Of a stretch of 64,000 nucleotides of DNA, positions 30,220-40,518 are shown piece by piece (the stretch's first letter is position 1; every line of letters begins with the position of its first letter). The position numbers and the translations under genes were made by a program. The notes beneath the pieces were generated by a model. The model did not search any database, was not told the DNA's origin, and was given only the letters and a program-made list of their open reading frames with translations. The stretch covers positions 1-64,000 of IMG/VR virus record IMGVR_UViG_3300028840_005860. One strand, 5' to 3'.

Positions 30220-30584
30220 TTCTGGCTCAGGTCGACCGAGAGCTGAACGTCGCGCTCGAGGAAGACGTGGTAGACGATGGTCTTGGGGACGATCTGGCCG
30301 TCGGGCATCTCCCTCGGCTCCATCGTCTGGAGGGTCTTGACGTGACCGAACTGCTCGACGAGCTCGACCGGCAACTCCTCGCCCGTGGCGACCAGGACTA
30401 CGCGGCGCTGAACCTTCGGGGCCTCGGGCATCACCAGGGCCCACATCACGAGACCCACGGAGTGCTCGGCGACGTTGGCCTGTATCTGAACGTCGAGCAC
30501 CCTGGCGCTCCGGGGCATCTCGATGACCTGCATCGGGGCCATCTCGATGGTGTACTTGAAGATCTTGAACTTCGTGTCGGACAT
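30216..30584 (-). CDS. DUF7352-like phage protein
   Basis: KIFKYTI...IEMP..ARVLDVQIQ...MWALV...VATG. Confidence 0.55.
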   Translation of the reverse strand: MSDTKFKIFKYTIEMAPMQVIEMPRSARVLDVQIQANVAEHSVGLVMWALVMPEAPKVQRRVVLVATGEELPVELVEQFGHVKTLQTMEPREMPDGQIVPKTIVYHVFLERDVQLSVDLSQN

Positions 30585-30860
30585 CTCTCACCTCTCCGTC
30601 ATGGGGAAAACCTCGTCGTCCTGCTCGGGCCAGACCGAGCTCAGCAACCCTCGCACCGCGTCGTCTAGTGACGAGTAGCCGTAGAGGATGAAGGTGCCGC
30701 CGAGATCGTCGGTCACCTCGTACTCCGTCGGCACCGCGGTGGCCCGCACGACCCAGCACTCGTCTCCGGCGGAGACGGTGTGCTCGTCCGGGCCCGTGGG
30801 CACGACCTCGATGTGGTCTGGCAGGACCATCTTGCCCCTTGAACGGAGCACCGGAGAAGT

Positions 30861-31490
30861 TTACATCCGCCTCGGCGCAATCAGCGCCTTGTCCTTCCAG
30901 TACAGCACGGAGACCCGCAGAGCGGCCTCAAACTCCTCAGGAGACATCCCCGTGGCCGTCCCACCGTCGAGCTCGAAGTGGTTGGCCATGAGGGTCCAGG
31001 GCTCTATCGGCGCCTCCTCGTCCGTCGTGCGGCCGTTGAGGCTGATGACGTCCCAGTCGCAGCCGGTGCAGTCCTCGCCGCCCTCCTCGAGCACGTCGCG
31101 CCGATAGAGCACGACGTCCACGTACCTGCACCTCTGCTTGCCCGCGCCGGGCTGGCACGCCTCCTCCGGGCGCGAGACCCAGACCTGCTTGCGCGGCTCC
31201 TCGAACTGGCGCCTAGCCTCGTAGCGCCCCACGAGAGTCTCGCCCTCTCTGAGCGTGACGAGCCCGGTGAAGAAGCTGTCGGGCGGCACGGGCACCAGCA
31301 CGACGCCGTCTCGGTAGCCGGGTTTGGCCTCGTGGAAGTGCTCCCTGACGAGCGCGAGGACCTTGTTCCAGTCGTCCTCGGGCGTGAGCGCCGTGGTGCC
31401 GTCCTCGAAGTGCGTGAACTCCGAGTCCCAGGTCTGGCGCCGGACGAAGTCGTTGATGCCGATGGTGGGAGTCTCGTTGGTGCTGGTCAT
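30861..31490 (-). CDS. conserved phage hypothetical protein
   Basis: GYRDGVVLVPV, YEARRQFEEPRK, VDVVLYRRDVL, TLMANHF..GGT. Confidence 0.7.
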   Translation of the reverse strand: MTSTNETPTIGINDFVRRQTWDSEFTHFEDGTTALTPEDDWNKVLALVREHFHEAKPGYRDGVVLVPVPPDSFFTGLVTLREGETLVGRYEARRQFEEPRKQVWVSRPEEACQPGAGKQRCRYVDVVLYRRDVLEEGGEDCTGCDWDVISLNGRTTDEEAPIEPWTLMANHFELDGGTATGMSPEEFEAALRVSVLYWKDKALIAPRRM

Positions 31491-32619
31491 CGTCGTCTCT
31501 GCCTCACACCTGTAGACGGAGCGAGGTCCCGACGTCTGACACGCCCTTCGTGAAATCTTTACAGCGCGGGTCGCGCGCTACTCCTCGTCCTCGTCCTCGA
31601 CGCGCTGCCACTCGCCCGAGGGCTTCCTCTTCCAGACCCCGGTGTCCTTGTCCTTCTCGGCCCACTCGGGATCCGGGTCGGGCTTCTCGAGCGCCTCCTT
31701 CACGGCCTTCGGATCGAGGTCGATGGTGGAGGCGTTCGGGTCGACCGTCGAGTCCCCGGTCTCGATCACGAGCTTGATGCCCTCGGAGCTCGCGATGCGG
31801 CCGACGACGAACGTGTCGAGGTGGAACATCTCGGCGAGCTCGTGCAGCGAGTACCTCCTCTCGCCCGGAGCCCACGAGCGCAGCTCGCGGAGCAGCGAGT
31901 TGATCCTGGCCTGAACTCCGACGCTCATGCACTTAAGCGTGGACGATGAACGAATCATCGTCGGGAACGAGCCGGGAAGGCCCGGAACGTCGCGGGGTCG
32001 AGGTCCCTCGATCGGCTCGAGCGCGAGAACCGCCCGGAACTCCCGCTCAGGGTGATGCGAGGTGGAGGCCGCCGATGGCCTTCTGGATCTTGGCCAGGTC
32101 ACCCTCCATCTTCCTGCAGCGCTCCTCGAGCTCGCGGTTCTTGGTCCCGGCCTCCTCGAGAAGCCTGTCCTGGGTTTCGATGAGGCCCCTGTCGCGTTCG
32201 GACGTCGCCTTGAACGTGTCCCTCGCCGACTCGACCTCGACCAAGAGTTTGCGGACCTCCTTGAGCTTGAGCCCGGCCTCCTCGAGCTCCTCGCTCCTCA
32301 GGGTTAGGGCGCCGTCCTCGTCGTACCCGACGAGGAACTTCCTGGTGGTGGTGACCAGATGTCGGGTCGTCGAGACTGCCCCGTCGTTGTAGCAGTTGCT
32401 CGGGTCGGGAACCTGGCGGGGCTCGGAGCCGAAGCAGGTCTCGACGTCCGTCTCCTCGAAGCTCTCGAGCAGGACCCAGCCACTCTCGGTCGCCAGCTGG
32501 AGCTCGTCGGCGTCGACCACCTTGCGAGGACCTCTGATGGAGAGCTCTTGGTCGGACATGGCCCCTCTTCTACCCCCTCCTCGAGAGCTTCGTGAAAAGT
32601 CCGGTAGGGTGCCCTCGAG

Positions 32620-33597
32620 ATGACAGAGCCTCTGCTGGGACCCGACCGAATCCAGAGCCCCCTCTTGACCGTGAGCGCCGTCTCCGAGGTGGTCGGCCGC
32701 AGCGAGAGGCCCTGGTTCGTCGACGTCGAGTCCGGGACGATGCTGGGACTTCGACGCGTCCGGAAGATCCTGCTCGAGGAGAGCAGCCCGTACCAACTCC
32801 TCCAGTACGTCGATCTCGAGGAGCTCGGCCGCACCCTGGTCCTCGACGGCCGCATCCAGCTGGCCGAGTCCGACGAGCACATCTACCACGAGATGTTCGT
32901 GCATCCGCCGATGATGTGGGGCCGCTCCTCGAGCGTGCTGGTGCTGGGAGGAGGGGACGGCTGCCTCCTTCGGGAGCTCGTCAAGTGGCCCTTCATCGAG
33001 CGCATCCTGATGGTCGAGCTCGACGAGGCCGTAGTCAGGTGCTTCCGCGACAGGTTCCCCGAGCTGAACGACGGCGCGTTCGAAGATCCTCGAGTCGAGG
33101 TCCGGTGCGAGGACGCGATGAAGGTCCTGCAGCTCGAGGAGAAGTTCGACCTCGTGCTGGCGGACCTGACGGAGCCCTACGACGACAGCGGGGTTGCCGG
33201 CGAGATCAGCTCGAGCCTGTTCGACCGAGACTTCTGGTCGGGGTTGCGGGAGCAGCTCAACGAGATGGGGATCTTCGCCGCGCAGACGGGCGGGCTCCGG
33301 CTCGGCAGGTCCACGCTGGATCCCCACCACGCCGACTTCGTCCGGACGCTCGAGGAGGTGTTCGGCCACGTCCGGGTGGCCTACGAGTTCGTCCCGAGCT
33401 TCGAGGCGTTCTGGACCATCACCTTCGCCGCGCCTGACGGCTTCAGGGGCTGCCCGACCAGGTCCGATCCCGAGCTCGTGGACACCATCGACGAGGTCCT
33501 GAACCGCGAGGGCGTCGAGACCCGATACTACGACGGCCTGACCCACTTCCGGCTCTTCGCGCCGCCCGTGGACCAGGGAACCCTGTACGGCTGGTAG
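32620..33597 (+). CDS. speE: spermidine synthase / polyamine aminopropyltransferase
   Basis: SPYQ, LVLDGRIQ...DEHIYHEM, VLVLGGGDG, MVELD, FDLVLADLTEP. Confidence 0.9.
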   Translation: MTEPLLGPDRIQSPLLTVSAVSEVVGRSERPWFVDVESGTMLGLRRVRKILLEESSPYQLLQYVDLEELGRTLVLDGRIQLAESDEHIYHEMFVHPPMMWGRSSSVLVLGGGDGCLLRELVKWPFIERILMVELDEAVVRCFRDRFPELNDGAFEDPRVEVRCEDAMKVLQLEEKFDLVLADLTEPYDDSGVAGEISSSLFDRDFWSGLREQLNEMGIFAAQTGGLRLGRSTLDPHHADFVRTLEEVFGHVRVAYEFVPSFEAFWTITFAAPDGFRGCPTRSDPELVDTIDEVLNREGVETRYYDGLTHFRLFAPPVDQGTLYGW

Positions 33598-33714
33598 GCG
33601 GCCGAATTCGGCCGAACTGGGTCCCCTACGCGAATGTAAAATTCTCGTCCTCATCGTGCATGGGTCAGGAATAGAAAGCATGGCCCGTTGGTAATGCAGA
33701 TGAGGAGCGAAGAG

Positions 33715-34261
33715 ATGGACGCGCAGATCCCGCAGAAACCGAAGAACCCGATGGTCGCCCTGAAGGAGCACCTGATCGACCTGGCCGACAACCTCTCCAT
33801 CAGGCTCGAGAGCCAGCTGAACGCCGAGCCGACGCTCGCTCTCGAGGGCGTCGAGCACAAGAAGGCTCAGCATCGCTTCGTCGCCCAGGCCAAGAAGATC
33901 GAGGCCGAGCTCACGCGGCTCACCTTCCTCGTGGAGAGGTTCCAGGTTCACAGCTTCTAGGACGATGGCGCGAGTACCCGACACCTGCGAAGTGAAGATC
34001 ACCTGGCACGCTCGCCAGCGCGCCGTCGAACGCTTCGGCACCGACGAGGCGGAGCGCCTTCCGCAGACGGCCCGCGAGGCCAGGCGCGTCAAGCGTACGA
34101 CCAGAGATGGGCTCCGCGTGTGGCACGCCCGCGGCGACGACGACCGGCTGCTCGTGCTCCTCGTGCTCGAGAAGACCGCGCACTCGCTCGGCGGTCTCTA
34201 CGAGGCCGAGGTCATCACGGTGATCACGCGCGACATGGCGCAGCGAAGTGGAATCCTGTGA
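33715..34261 (+). other. hypothetical genes 33715-33960 and 33965-34261
   Basis: Downstream of tandem class I and class II motifs. Confidence 0.65.
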
Positions 34262-34779
34262 CGATTTCTCGAAATAGTTTCACGATGCCGAGAGTTTCAC
34301 GAGACGAGACCAGATGATCGACCCCGGACTCATAGACCTCCTGCTCATCTACTGCCTGGTGGCAATCCTGGGCGGATTCGTCCTCTGGATCATCGGTGGC
34401 CTCATGGTCGCCCTCGCCGGGGAGGAGAGGGGGCGCAGGCGATGAGCAACCTGAGGGACCAGATCTGGGATCGACTTCGGGAAGCCGGGACGGCGGGGGT
34501 CACCGTCGCCCTCCTGGCCGCGAGCCTCGGGACTACTCCAGAGACGGTGCTCTCCACCGTGATGGACGACATGCTCGAGGGGGACGTTCCCGCGATCTAC
34601 TGCGCGCCGGGACCACGACTGGTCCCGAGGAGAATGCCCGAGCCCGTGGAAGGAACGAGATGAACAAGACCGCAGCCACCAAGATCAGCATCACCAGAGC
34701 CGAGGGGCCGCGGTCACCCAGCCACATGCCCCGGCTGCGGAGCCGAGAGCCAGCCCGGCGCCACTACCGTTAAACGACG

Positions 34780-34812
34780 AAGGCCCCGCTCCCGACGGGG
34801 CCCTTCGACTTG
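34780..34812. terminator. hairpin terminator between convergent genes
   Basis: GAAGGCCCCG...CGGGGCCCTTC stem. Confidence 0.55.
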
Positions 34813-34827
34813 TGGGGGTTGGGGGCT

Positions 34828-34908
34828 CTAGCGGCCAGCGAGCCAGTGGGCCAGGCAGACGGGGCCGACGTAGAGGGCGAAGATTGCGGTGATGGTGGTG
34901 AGTAGCAT
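34828..34908 (-). CDS. 26-aa hydrophobic peptide
   Basis: MLLTTITAIFALYVGPVCLAHWLAGR; GAAGGAG SD; follows a class II motif. Confidence 0.5.
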   Translation of the reverse strand: MLLTTITAIFALYVGPVCLAHWLAGR

Positions 34909-35014
34909 TTGGTCTCTCCTTCGTGCTTTCATCTGCATTACCAACGAGCCACAGGTTCCATTCCCGGTCCCGCCAACTTTTCTCGGAAAAGTTGGACCTC
35001 GGGCGCGGACGCCG

Positions 35015-35443
35015 CTACGTGTTGGCGGAGAGCCAGCGCCGACGGTGGCCAGTACCCAACCCCCTCAACGGCTCCTCTACCTCGAACTCGAGACCTTCGA
35101 GGAAGCTCGCGTAGCTCTTGCCCGCCATCAGCACGAGCTTGATCCGCCTGCCCTCGTACCTCTCGAGCAGAGCTCGACGCACCCTGGCGCCCCACTCCTC
35201 GCGGACGGTCTTCGGAGCCCCGCTCAGGTTCTCGTCGTAGGGCTCGAGGACCTCGTCTGGGTGAACCAGCCCGTGCCGCGCCGAGAGGACCCACCACTCG
35301 TCGCAGCGGCGCTCGAGGTACCGAACCGACCTGTCGAACACGTAGGACGGGCTGTAGAGCTCCCTAGCCGGCGCCGGGCGGCACAGCTTCCTCTTGCTGC
35401 AGGAGACGAGCCCGACGACCAGAGGCCGAGACATACTAGCCAT
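35015..35443 (-). CDS. DUF6884-like protein
   Basis: LVSCSKRK...PARELYS...WWVLSARHGLVHPDEVLEPYD. Confidence 0.7.
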   Translation of the reverse strand: MASMSRPLVVGLVSCSKRKLCRPAPARELYSPSYVFDRSVRYLERRCDEWWVLSARHGLVHPDEVLEPYDENLSGAPKTVREEWGARVRRALLERYEGRRIKLVLMAGKSYASFLEGLEFEVEEPLRGLGTGHRRRWLSANT

Positions 35444-35729
35444 CGTACTCGGTGTACTCGCCCGGAAGTCAGGCTGCTAGAACCTCTTGCGCAGCCGACG
35501 CCCCTGCGCCACGTCGAACATCAAGTTCCTCGAGGGGCCCGACAGGGAACGCCAGAAGGAGAAGGAGGTCCGGTACTCGAGGGGCACCTGGTCGAGCTCG
35601 AGATGCGCCACGCTCTGCTGGAGGTTCCGCGCCCCTCTCGAGCGCAGGTACTCGAGCAGCCGGGCGAATTCCCGCTCCACCCCGTTGAGGGACTGCTCTC
35701 GAGACGACATCAGACGGCTCCTTCATCGG

Positions 35730-35801
35730 CACCCCCGGCTGGACTCGAACCAGCGACCTCGGATTCCGGAGACCCGTGCTCTTCCGCTGAGCTACGAGGG
35801 T
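35730..35801 (-). tRNA. tRNA-Arg(CCG)
   Basis: Full cloverleaf, loop CTCCGGA; no complete encoded CCA. Confidence 0.9.
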
Positions 35802-35802
35802 G

Positions 35803-35879
35803 TGGTGACCGGACCTGGACTTGAACCAGGGACCTCCTGCGTGTCACACAGGCGCTCTAACCTGCTGAGCTACCCGGCC
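35803..35879 (-). tRNA. tRNA-Val(GAC)
   Basis: Cloverleaf, loop GTGACAC, encoded CCA. Confidence 0.9.
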
Positions 35880-35882
35880 ATC

Positions 35883-35958
35883 TGGCGTTCCCGGTAGGGC
35901 TCGAACCTACGACCTCCGGTTTAGGAAACCGGTGCTCTTCCTTCTGAGCTACGAGAAC
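35883..35958 (-). tRNA. tRNA-Arg(CCT)
   Basis: Cloverleaf, loop TTCCTAA, encoded CCA. Confidence 0.92.
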
Positions 35959-35963
35959 CTGCG

Positions 35964-36518
35964 TCATTCCTCTTCAAGGTCCAGTTGCGGCGGGACCCAC
36001 GACAACTCGCCTCCCTGAAAGGCCGAGTGGCAGGCGTCTACCAGGGAGCCCCCGTAGCCGAGGACGGCGTCGGCATCGGCGACCATGTTCGGGTTCGGCT
36101 TGATGGTCGGCTTGGCCCGCATCACCGCCTTGACGGCCCCGACGGCGCCAGCCGGTCCGCGCTCGAGCTTGCTGGCGACCACCACCAGCGCCGCCGCCGA
36201 GCTCCTCGAGATGCCGTGACCGCAGTGGACGAGGAGGTGGTGACCAGCCCGGATGTCGGAGGCGAACTCCACGATCTTGTCGACGTCGGTCCTGGAGGGA
36301 GCGACGAGACCGGTACCCCGCACGAGCTGGGGCGGGTCGATGACGTCGTGAAAGAAGAGGCACAGCTGCTTCCTCTTGTGCTTCTTCAGGGTCCCGGGAG
36401 GATCCTGGTCGGGATCGTTGATGCTGATCACGTGCGTGAAGCTCCAGCTCACGCTCGAGCTGAGCAGCTCGGTCGCCTCCTTGCGACCTGCGATGGTGAT
36501 GTCGGGAAGTTGGGGCAT
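35964..36518 (-). CDS. Cys-dependent (CX5R) phosphatase
   Basis: THVISINDP, LFFHDV, VHCGHGISRSSAAA, KPNPNMV. Confidence 0.85.
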   Translation of the reverse strand: MPQLPDITIAGRKEATELLSSSVSWSFTHVISINDPDQDPPGTLKKHKRKQLCLFFHDVIDPPQLVRGTGLVAPSRTDVDKIVEFASDIRAGHHLLVHCGHGISRSSAAALVVVASKLERGPAGAVGAVKAVMRAKPTIKPNPNMVADADAVLGYGGSLVDACHSAFQGGELSWVPPQLDLEEE

Positions 36519-36536
36519 CGTCCTCCTTTCTACGCC

Positions 36537-36613
36537 TGGTAGGCCCGGTGGGACTCGAACCCACGACCTCGACCTTATAAGGGTCGAGCTCTGACCAGCT
36601 GAGCTACGGGCCC
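36537..36613 (-). tRNA. tRNA-Ile(TAT)
   Basis: Cloverleaf, stem CGACC/GGTCG, loop CTTATAA, A73, encoded CCA. Confidence 0.92.
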
Positions 36614-37216
36614 TCGAGGCCCGCTTCGACGGTGCTGGCTAGGTCCGGGAGCTCACCGTCGCCTTCGCCGCGACTCCCGAACCCGGACGACGTCCGCACC
36701 GCTCGAGGCGGGGACTTCGATGGGACCGGGTATGAGGCGCTTCGGGGACATGGCTCTCCTTGCTGTGCGCTCAACATACGAGCCCGCCTTCCTCGAGTCA
36801 AGCACTTCTCGGGTTAGCGTTCTCCTCGAGCGTCGCGCCAGGCCCAGTACCGGGCATCCTCGCGCTCGGGAAAGGGACCCTCGCGCTTCCTCTCCCCGCG
36901 AACTCCTCCGGGCCAGCCGCGGACGAAGAACCAGCCCTCCTCGGCCTTGAAGAGGGCGTACCCCTCGGGCAGTCCGTCGGGCACCTCCGCGTCGACGGGC
37001 CTTCCGAACCACCACATCAGCTGGGCTTCTCGAGCCTGAGCTCGGCGGCACGCTCGGCGATCTCGTCCGCGGTGAGGGGTTTCTCGGCCTGCAACAGGAC
37101 CAAGAGCACGAGCTTCAGGTTCTTGAGAAACTCGGGAGACCGCCCCTCCTCGAGGCCGCGCGAGGCCAGCGTCTCGAACAGCTCCAAGTCGAGGTCGATC
37201 AGCCGGTCGTCCGCCA

Positions 37217-37687
37217 TCAAGACGTTCCCGTGGATCCGAAGCCCCCCTCGCCGCGCTCGGTCTCGTCGAGCTCTTCGTCGTCCTCGAGCACGGTCACCGA
37301 GACTCGAGGGACGGCCTGGAGGACCAGCTGGGCGACACGCTCCCCGTCGGCCACGATGAACGTCTGGTTCCCGTGGTTGACCAGGATGACCTTCACCTCG
37401 CCTCGGTAGTCGGCGTCGATAGTCCCGGGGCTGTTCAGCACGGTGACCATGTACTTGGCCGCCAGCCCGCTCCTCGGCCTGACGACGCCCTCGTAGCCCT
37501 GGTCGATCTGGACCGCGATTCCACAGGGGACCAGCCTCGCCCCGCCCGGGCTGATGCCGACGCTGCCCTCGGGCAGGTTGGCGTAGAGGTCCATTCCCGA
37601 GGCGTCCTCGCTCTGGAACTTGGGAACCTGGGCGTTCTCGTGGAGCTTCTTGATGCGGATGCTGCAGCTCAGGGGGTGTCGGGGCAT
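37217..37687 (-). CDS. dut: trimeric dUTPase
   Basis: SGMDL, RPRSGLA, NSPGTIDADYRGE, RVAQLV, RGEGGFGSTG. Confidence 0.95.
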   Translation of the reverse strand: MPRHPLSCSIRIKKLHENAQVPKFQSEDASGMDLYANLPEGSVGISPGGARLVPCGIAVQIDQGYEGVVRPRSGLAAKYMVTVLNSPGTIDADYRGEVKVILVNHGNQTFIVADGERVAQLVLQAVPRVSVTVLEDDEELDETERGEGGFGSTGTS

Positions 37688-37728
37688 GGCCTCCATTCTA
37701 CCCCCCTGGGCAGGACGATGAAGCGCAC

Positions 37729-38208
37729 TTACCGAGTGCCGTCGATGGCTGTGATGCGCCAGAAGCCTTCGGCCAAAGTCGGGGGCTCCCTTTCCAACTC
37801 CTCGAGCATCCTGAGCACCGTCGGTCTCGGAACCCGACGTCCTTCGGGGCGCTCGGCGTTTCGGAACATCGCCGTCACGAGCGGCACGTCGAACACTAGC
37901 GCCTCGACCTTCGCGCCTGCAGCCTCGGCGATCTCGAGAAGAGGACGTCGGGCCACCCTGGAGGTCAGCGTCGCGTCGAAGAAGACACACCCCTCCCACT
38001 CCGAGCTCTCGGCGCCGCGTTCGATCCAGGTGGTCTTTCCTGAGCCCGGAATGCCGACCACCAGCACGAGTCGGTGACGATGTCCGGCCAGGAGTTCCCG
38101 CAGCTCTCGGAGGGCCCGATCCCAGGCCGCCGTCGACCGCTCCGGAGTCCACTCGTACTCACCCTCCTCGTTGAGAAGGAAGGCGTCGGGAGACAGGACG
38201 AGGGCCAT
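37729..38208 (-). CDS. P-loop kinase (AAA_33 / polynucleotide kinase-like)
   Basis: LVVGIPGSGKTTW, FFDAT, RNAERPEGRRVP. Confidence 0.8.
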   Translation of the reverse strand: MALVLSPDAFLLNEEGEYEWTPERSTAAWDRALRELRELLAGHRHRLVLVVGIPGSGKTTWIERGAESSEWEGCVFFDATLTSRVARRPLLEIAEAAGAKVEALVFDVPLVTAMFRNAERPEGRRVPRPTVLRMLEELEREPPTLAEGFWRITAIDGTR

Positions 38209-39554
38209 CAGACGCCTTCCGACTTGCCCGCCAGCACGTCCTTGGCGAACTGAAGGAGGTACGCCTGGTCGTTGGTGACGTGGTCGAGCATGTCGACGAA
38301 GCCGATGACGGCGCCGGCAAGCTCGGCCGCGTCGGCCTTGTAGTCCCTGGTCTCGGGTTCGACGTTCTCGATCTGGACCAGGGCCCTCCCGGCCGCCGTC
38401 GGGATGCCGGGGCCCTCGTACTCGAACTCGATCAGGCCCATCCGGTCGAGGTCGTTGGTCTCCTCCACGATGTCGGTGCGGCGGAGATCGTCGTACGCGA
38501 CGATGGCCTCGAGCAGCGCCCGCTGCCGCTTCGTCAGCTTCGGCTGTCCGGGCTCTCGCTTCTTCGGTCTCGGCATCTCTATTCCTCGATCCCGAACGCC
38601 TTCTTCGTGGCTTGGTCGATGGCCTCGAAGGTCACGCCGTCGGCGTTCTCGTAGACGGTCTCTGGCGAGAGCATCTGGCCGTACGGCGACAGCGAGACGT
38701 CGTGGATCGTCGCCTCCTCGCCGTCCCAGGTCACCTCGAGCTCGAGGTCGACCGGGATGCACACGTTCACTCGGATCTTCTTCGTCTGGGGCATCGGAAA
38801 CTCCTCTAGCCGACGAACGTCTTCTTCGCGATCCAGCAGATGGCGATGAGGACGATGCCGAACACGATCTTGCTACAACAGGCACAGCACATGGTTCTCT
38901 CCTACTCGGGTGTCATTTGAGGTGGTTCCCCTTCCCAACTTTCGGACCGTACTCGGCCGTGACGTAGCTGCCGCCGCCGCCCTCGTGCTCTCGACCCGCG
39001 TCCTGGCTGTACTCGTCGTTGCCGAGGATCCTGCCGCCGCTTCCGCGGGTCCACTTGATGCGACGGAGCCTCTGGAACAGCTCCTTCGCGAACCAGTGGT
39101 TGCGAGCGTGCTCCCTGGCGTGGTTGTTCTCGGGCACGTCCCACGTGACCGTGCGCCTGTCGTTGTCGAAGATCACGGTCGCGTCCTCGAGCATGATCGT
39201 GGCGCCCTTCGACACGGGGAAGGTCTTGAGGTCCTTCTTCTTCGGGAGGCCCTTCAACGACCAGGTGCCGTGGCCGTCCTCGCGGGAGTAGGAGATCAGG
39301 AGGTTGAACATCAAGTCGGAGAGGTCGTCGTCGCGGTGGCCCACGTGGTCCTCGAACGCCCGCCTCAGCGCCTTCGACCTGGTCGCGCCTCGCTTGCCCT
39401 TGACTGTATTCCGCAACCGCGCGTGCAGCTTCCTGGCGCGCTCGAGCAGCCCGAGCTGCTTCGCGTTCCAGGCTTCCAGCAGGGCCTTGCGGAACCGGGC
39501 CCAGTCCTTCGCCGGGATGGTGATGGTTCCTCTCTCCCACTCGTAGCAGCTCAT
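38208..39554 (-). other. hypothetical genes 38208-38576, 38579-38794, 38913-39554
   Basis: ORFs with SD motifs. Confidence 0.65.
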
Positions 39555-39937
39555 CTCGCTCTCCTCGTGCGCAGGCACAGGGTGCGACCGCTCGGGAGGT
39601 TGGACGGCCACTCCGAAACGGAGAGCATCTCGAGTTCCTCGATCGTCAGACCCCTCCGCTCGGCCTCCGCGCACACGCGCTGCCGAGCGACGTAACCTTC
39701 TCCCGTAGCCGTCCACGTCGCCCCACTCAGGCGGCGTCTCTCGCCCGTCCTCGTGGTGGCCGTCCCGCGGACCCGGTAGATCGTCACTGCTTGGTTGGTG
39801 CGCTTCGCCATGTTGCTAGTGAAACCTTACTGGCCCGTTGGTCATTCCCATCATCGGCCACTTTTTTCGGGAAAATCAGCTCTGCCTCTGCACGGAGCAC
39901 CCGAAACCTCTACACCGCTCTGGGCGTAGAAACCGCG

Positions 39938-40390
39938 ATGAAGGTGATCTCAGGAGGCCAGACGGGCGTGGACCGCGGGGCCCTTGATGCGGCGATTGCG
40001 CAGGGCCTTCCCCATGGAGGCACCTGTCCGCGTGGGCGCCGCGCGGAGGACGGCCACATCCCCGAGACCTACGAGCTCAAGGAACACTCCTCGGAGAAGT
40101 ACCCGCCGCGCACGGTGAAGAACGTGTGCGACGCGGACGCGACGCTCGTCCTCGTTTCCCAACCCCGCGTTTCCGGCGGCACGAAGCTGACGGTGAAGAT
40201 CGCTCGCGACCGAGGCAAACCCTGGCTGCTCGTCCACATGCGTGACGAACATGTGGAGCGCGTGGCCCGCTGGATTTCCACGATCCAGCCCGGGGTGCTG
40301 AACGTGGCCGGTCCGCGCGAGTCGAAGCACCCCGGCATCCAGGTTCAGGCGAGGGACTTCCTGCGTAGGGTGTTCTCACGGATTTCGTGA
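39938..40390 (+). CDS. SLOG superfamily (molybdenum-carrier-like) protein
   Basis: KVISGGQTGVDRGALDAA, RT.KNV.DADATL, LNVAGPRES. Confidence 0.85.
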   Translation: MKVISGGQTGVDRGALDAAIAQGLPHGGTCPRGRRAEDGHIPETYELKEHSSEKYPPRTVKNVCDADATLVLVSQPRVSGGTKLTVKIARDRGKPWLLVHMRDEHVERVARWISTIQPGVLNVAGPRESKHPGIQVQARDFLRRVFSRIS

Positions 40391-40518
40391 AAATCGAACG
40401 CTTCCCCAACTGTCCGACGGCTCTCGCGGAGCGCGTACAAGCGACGCCTCTCGGGGGCCGTCCCGGAGGGACGCACACCGACCACAGCACACGGCGACAG
40501 CCGAGCACCGGAGAGAGA

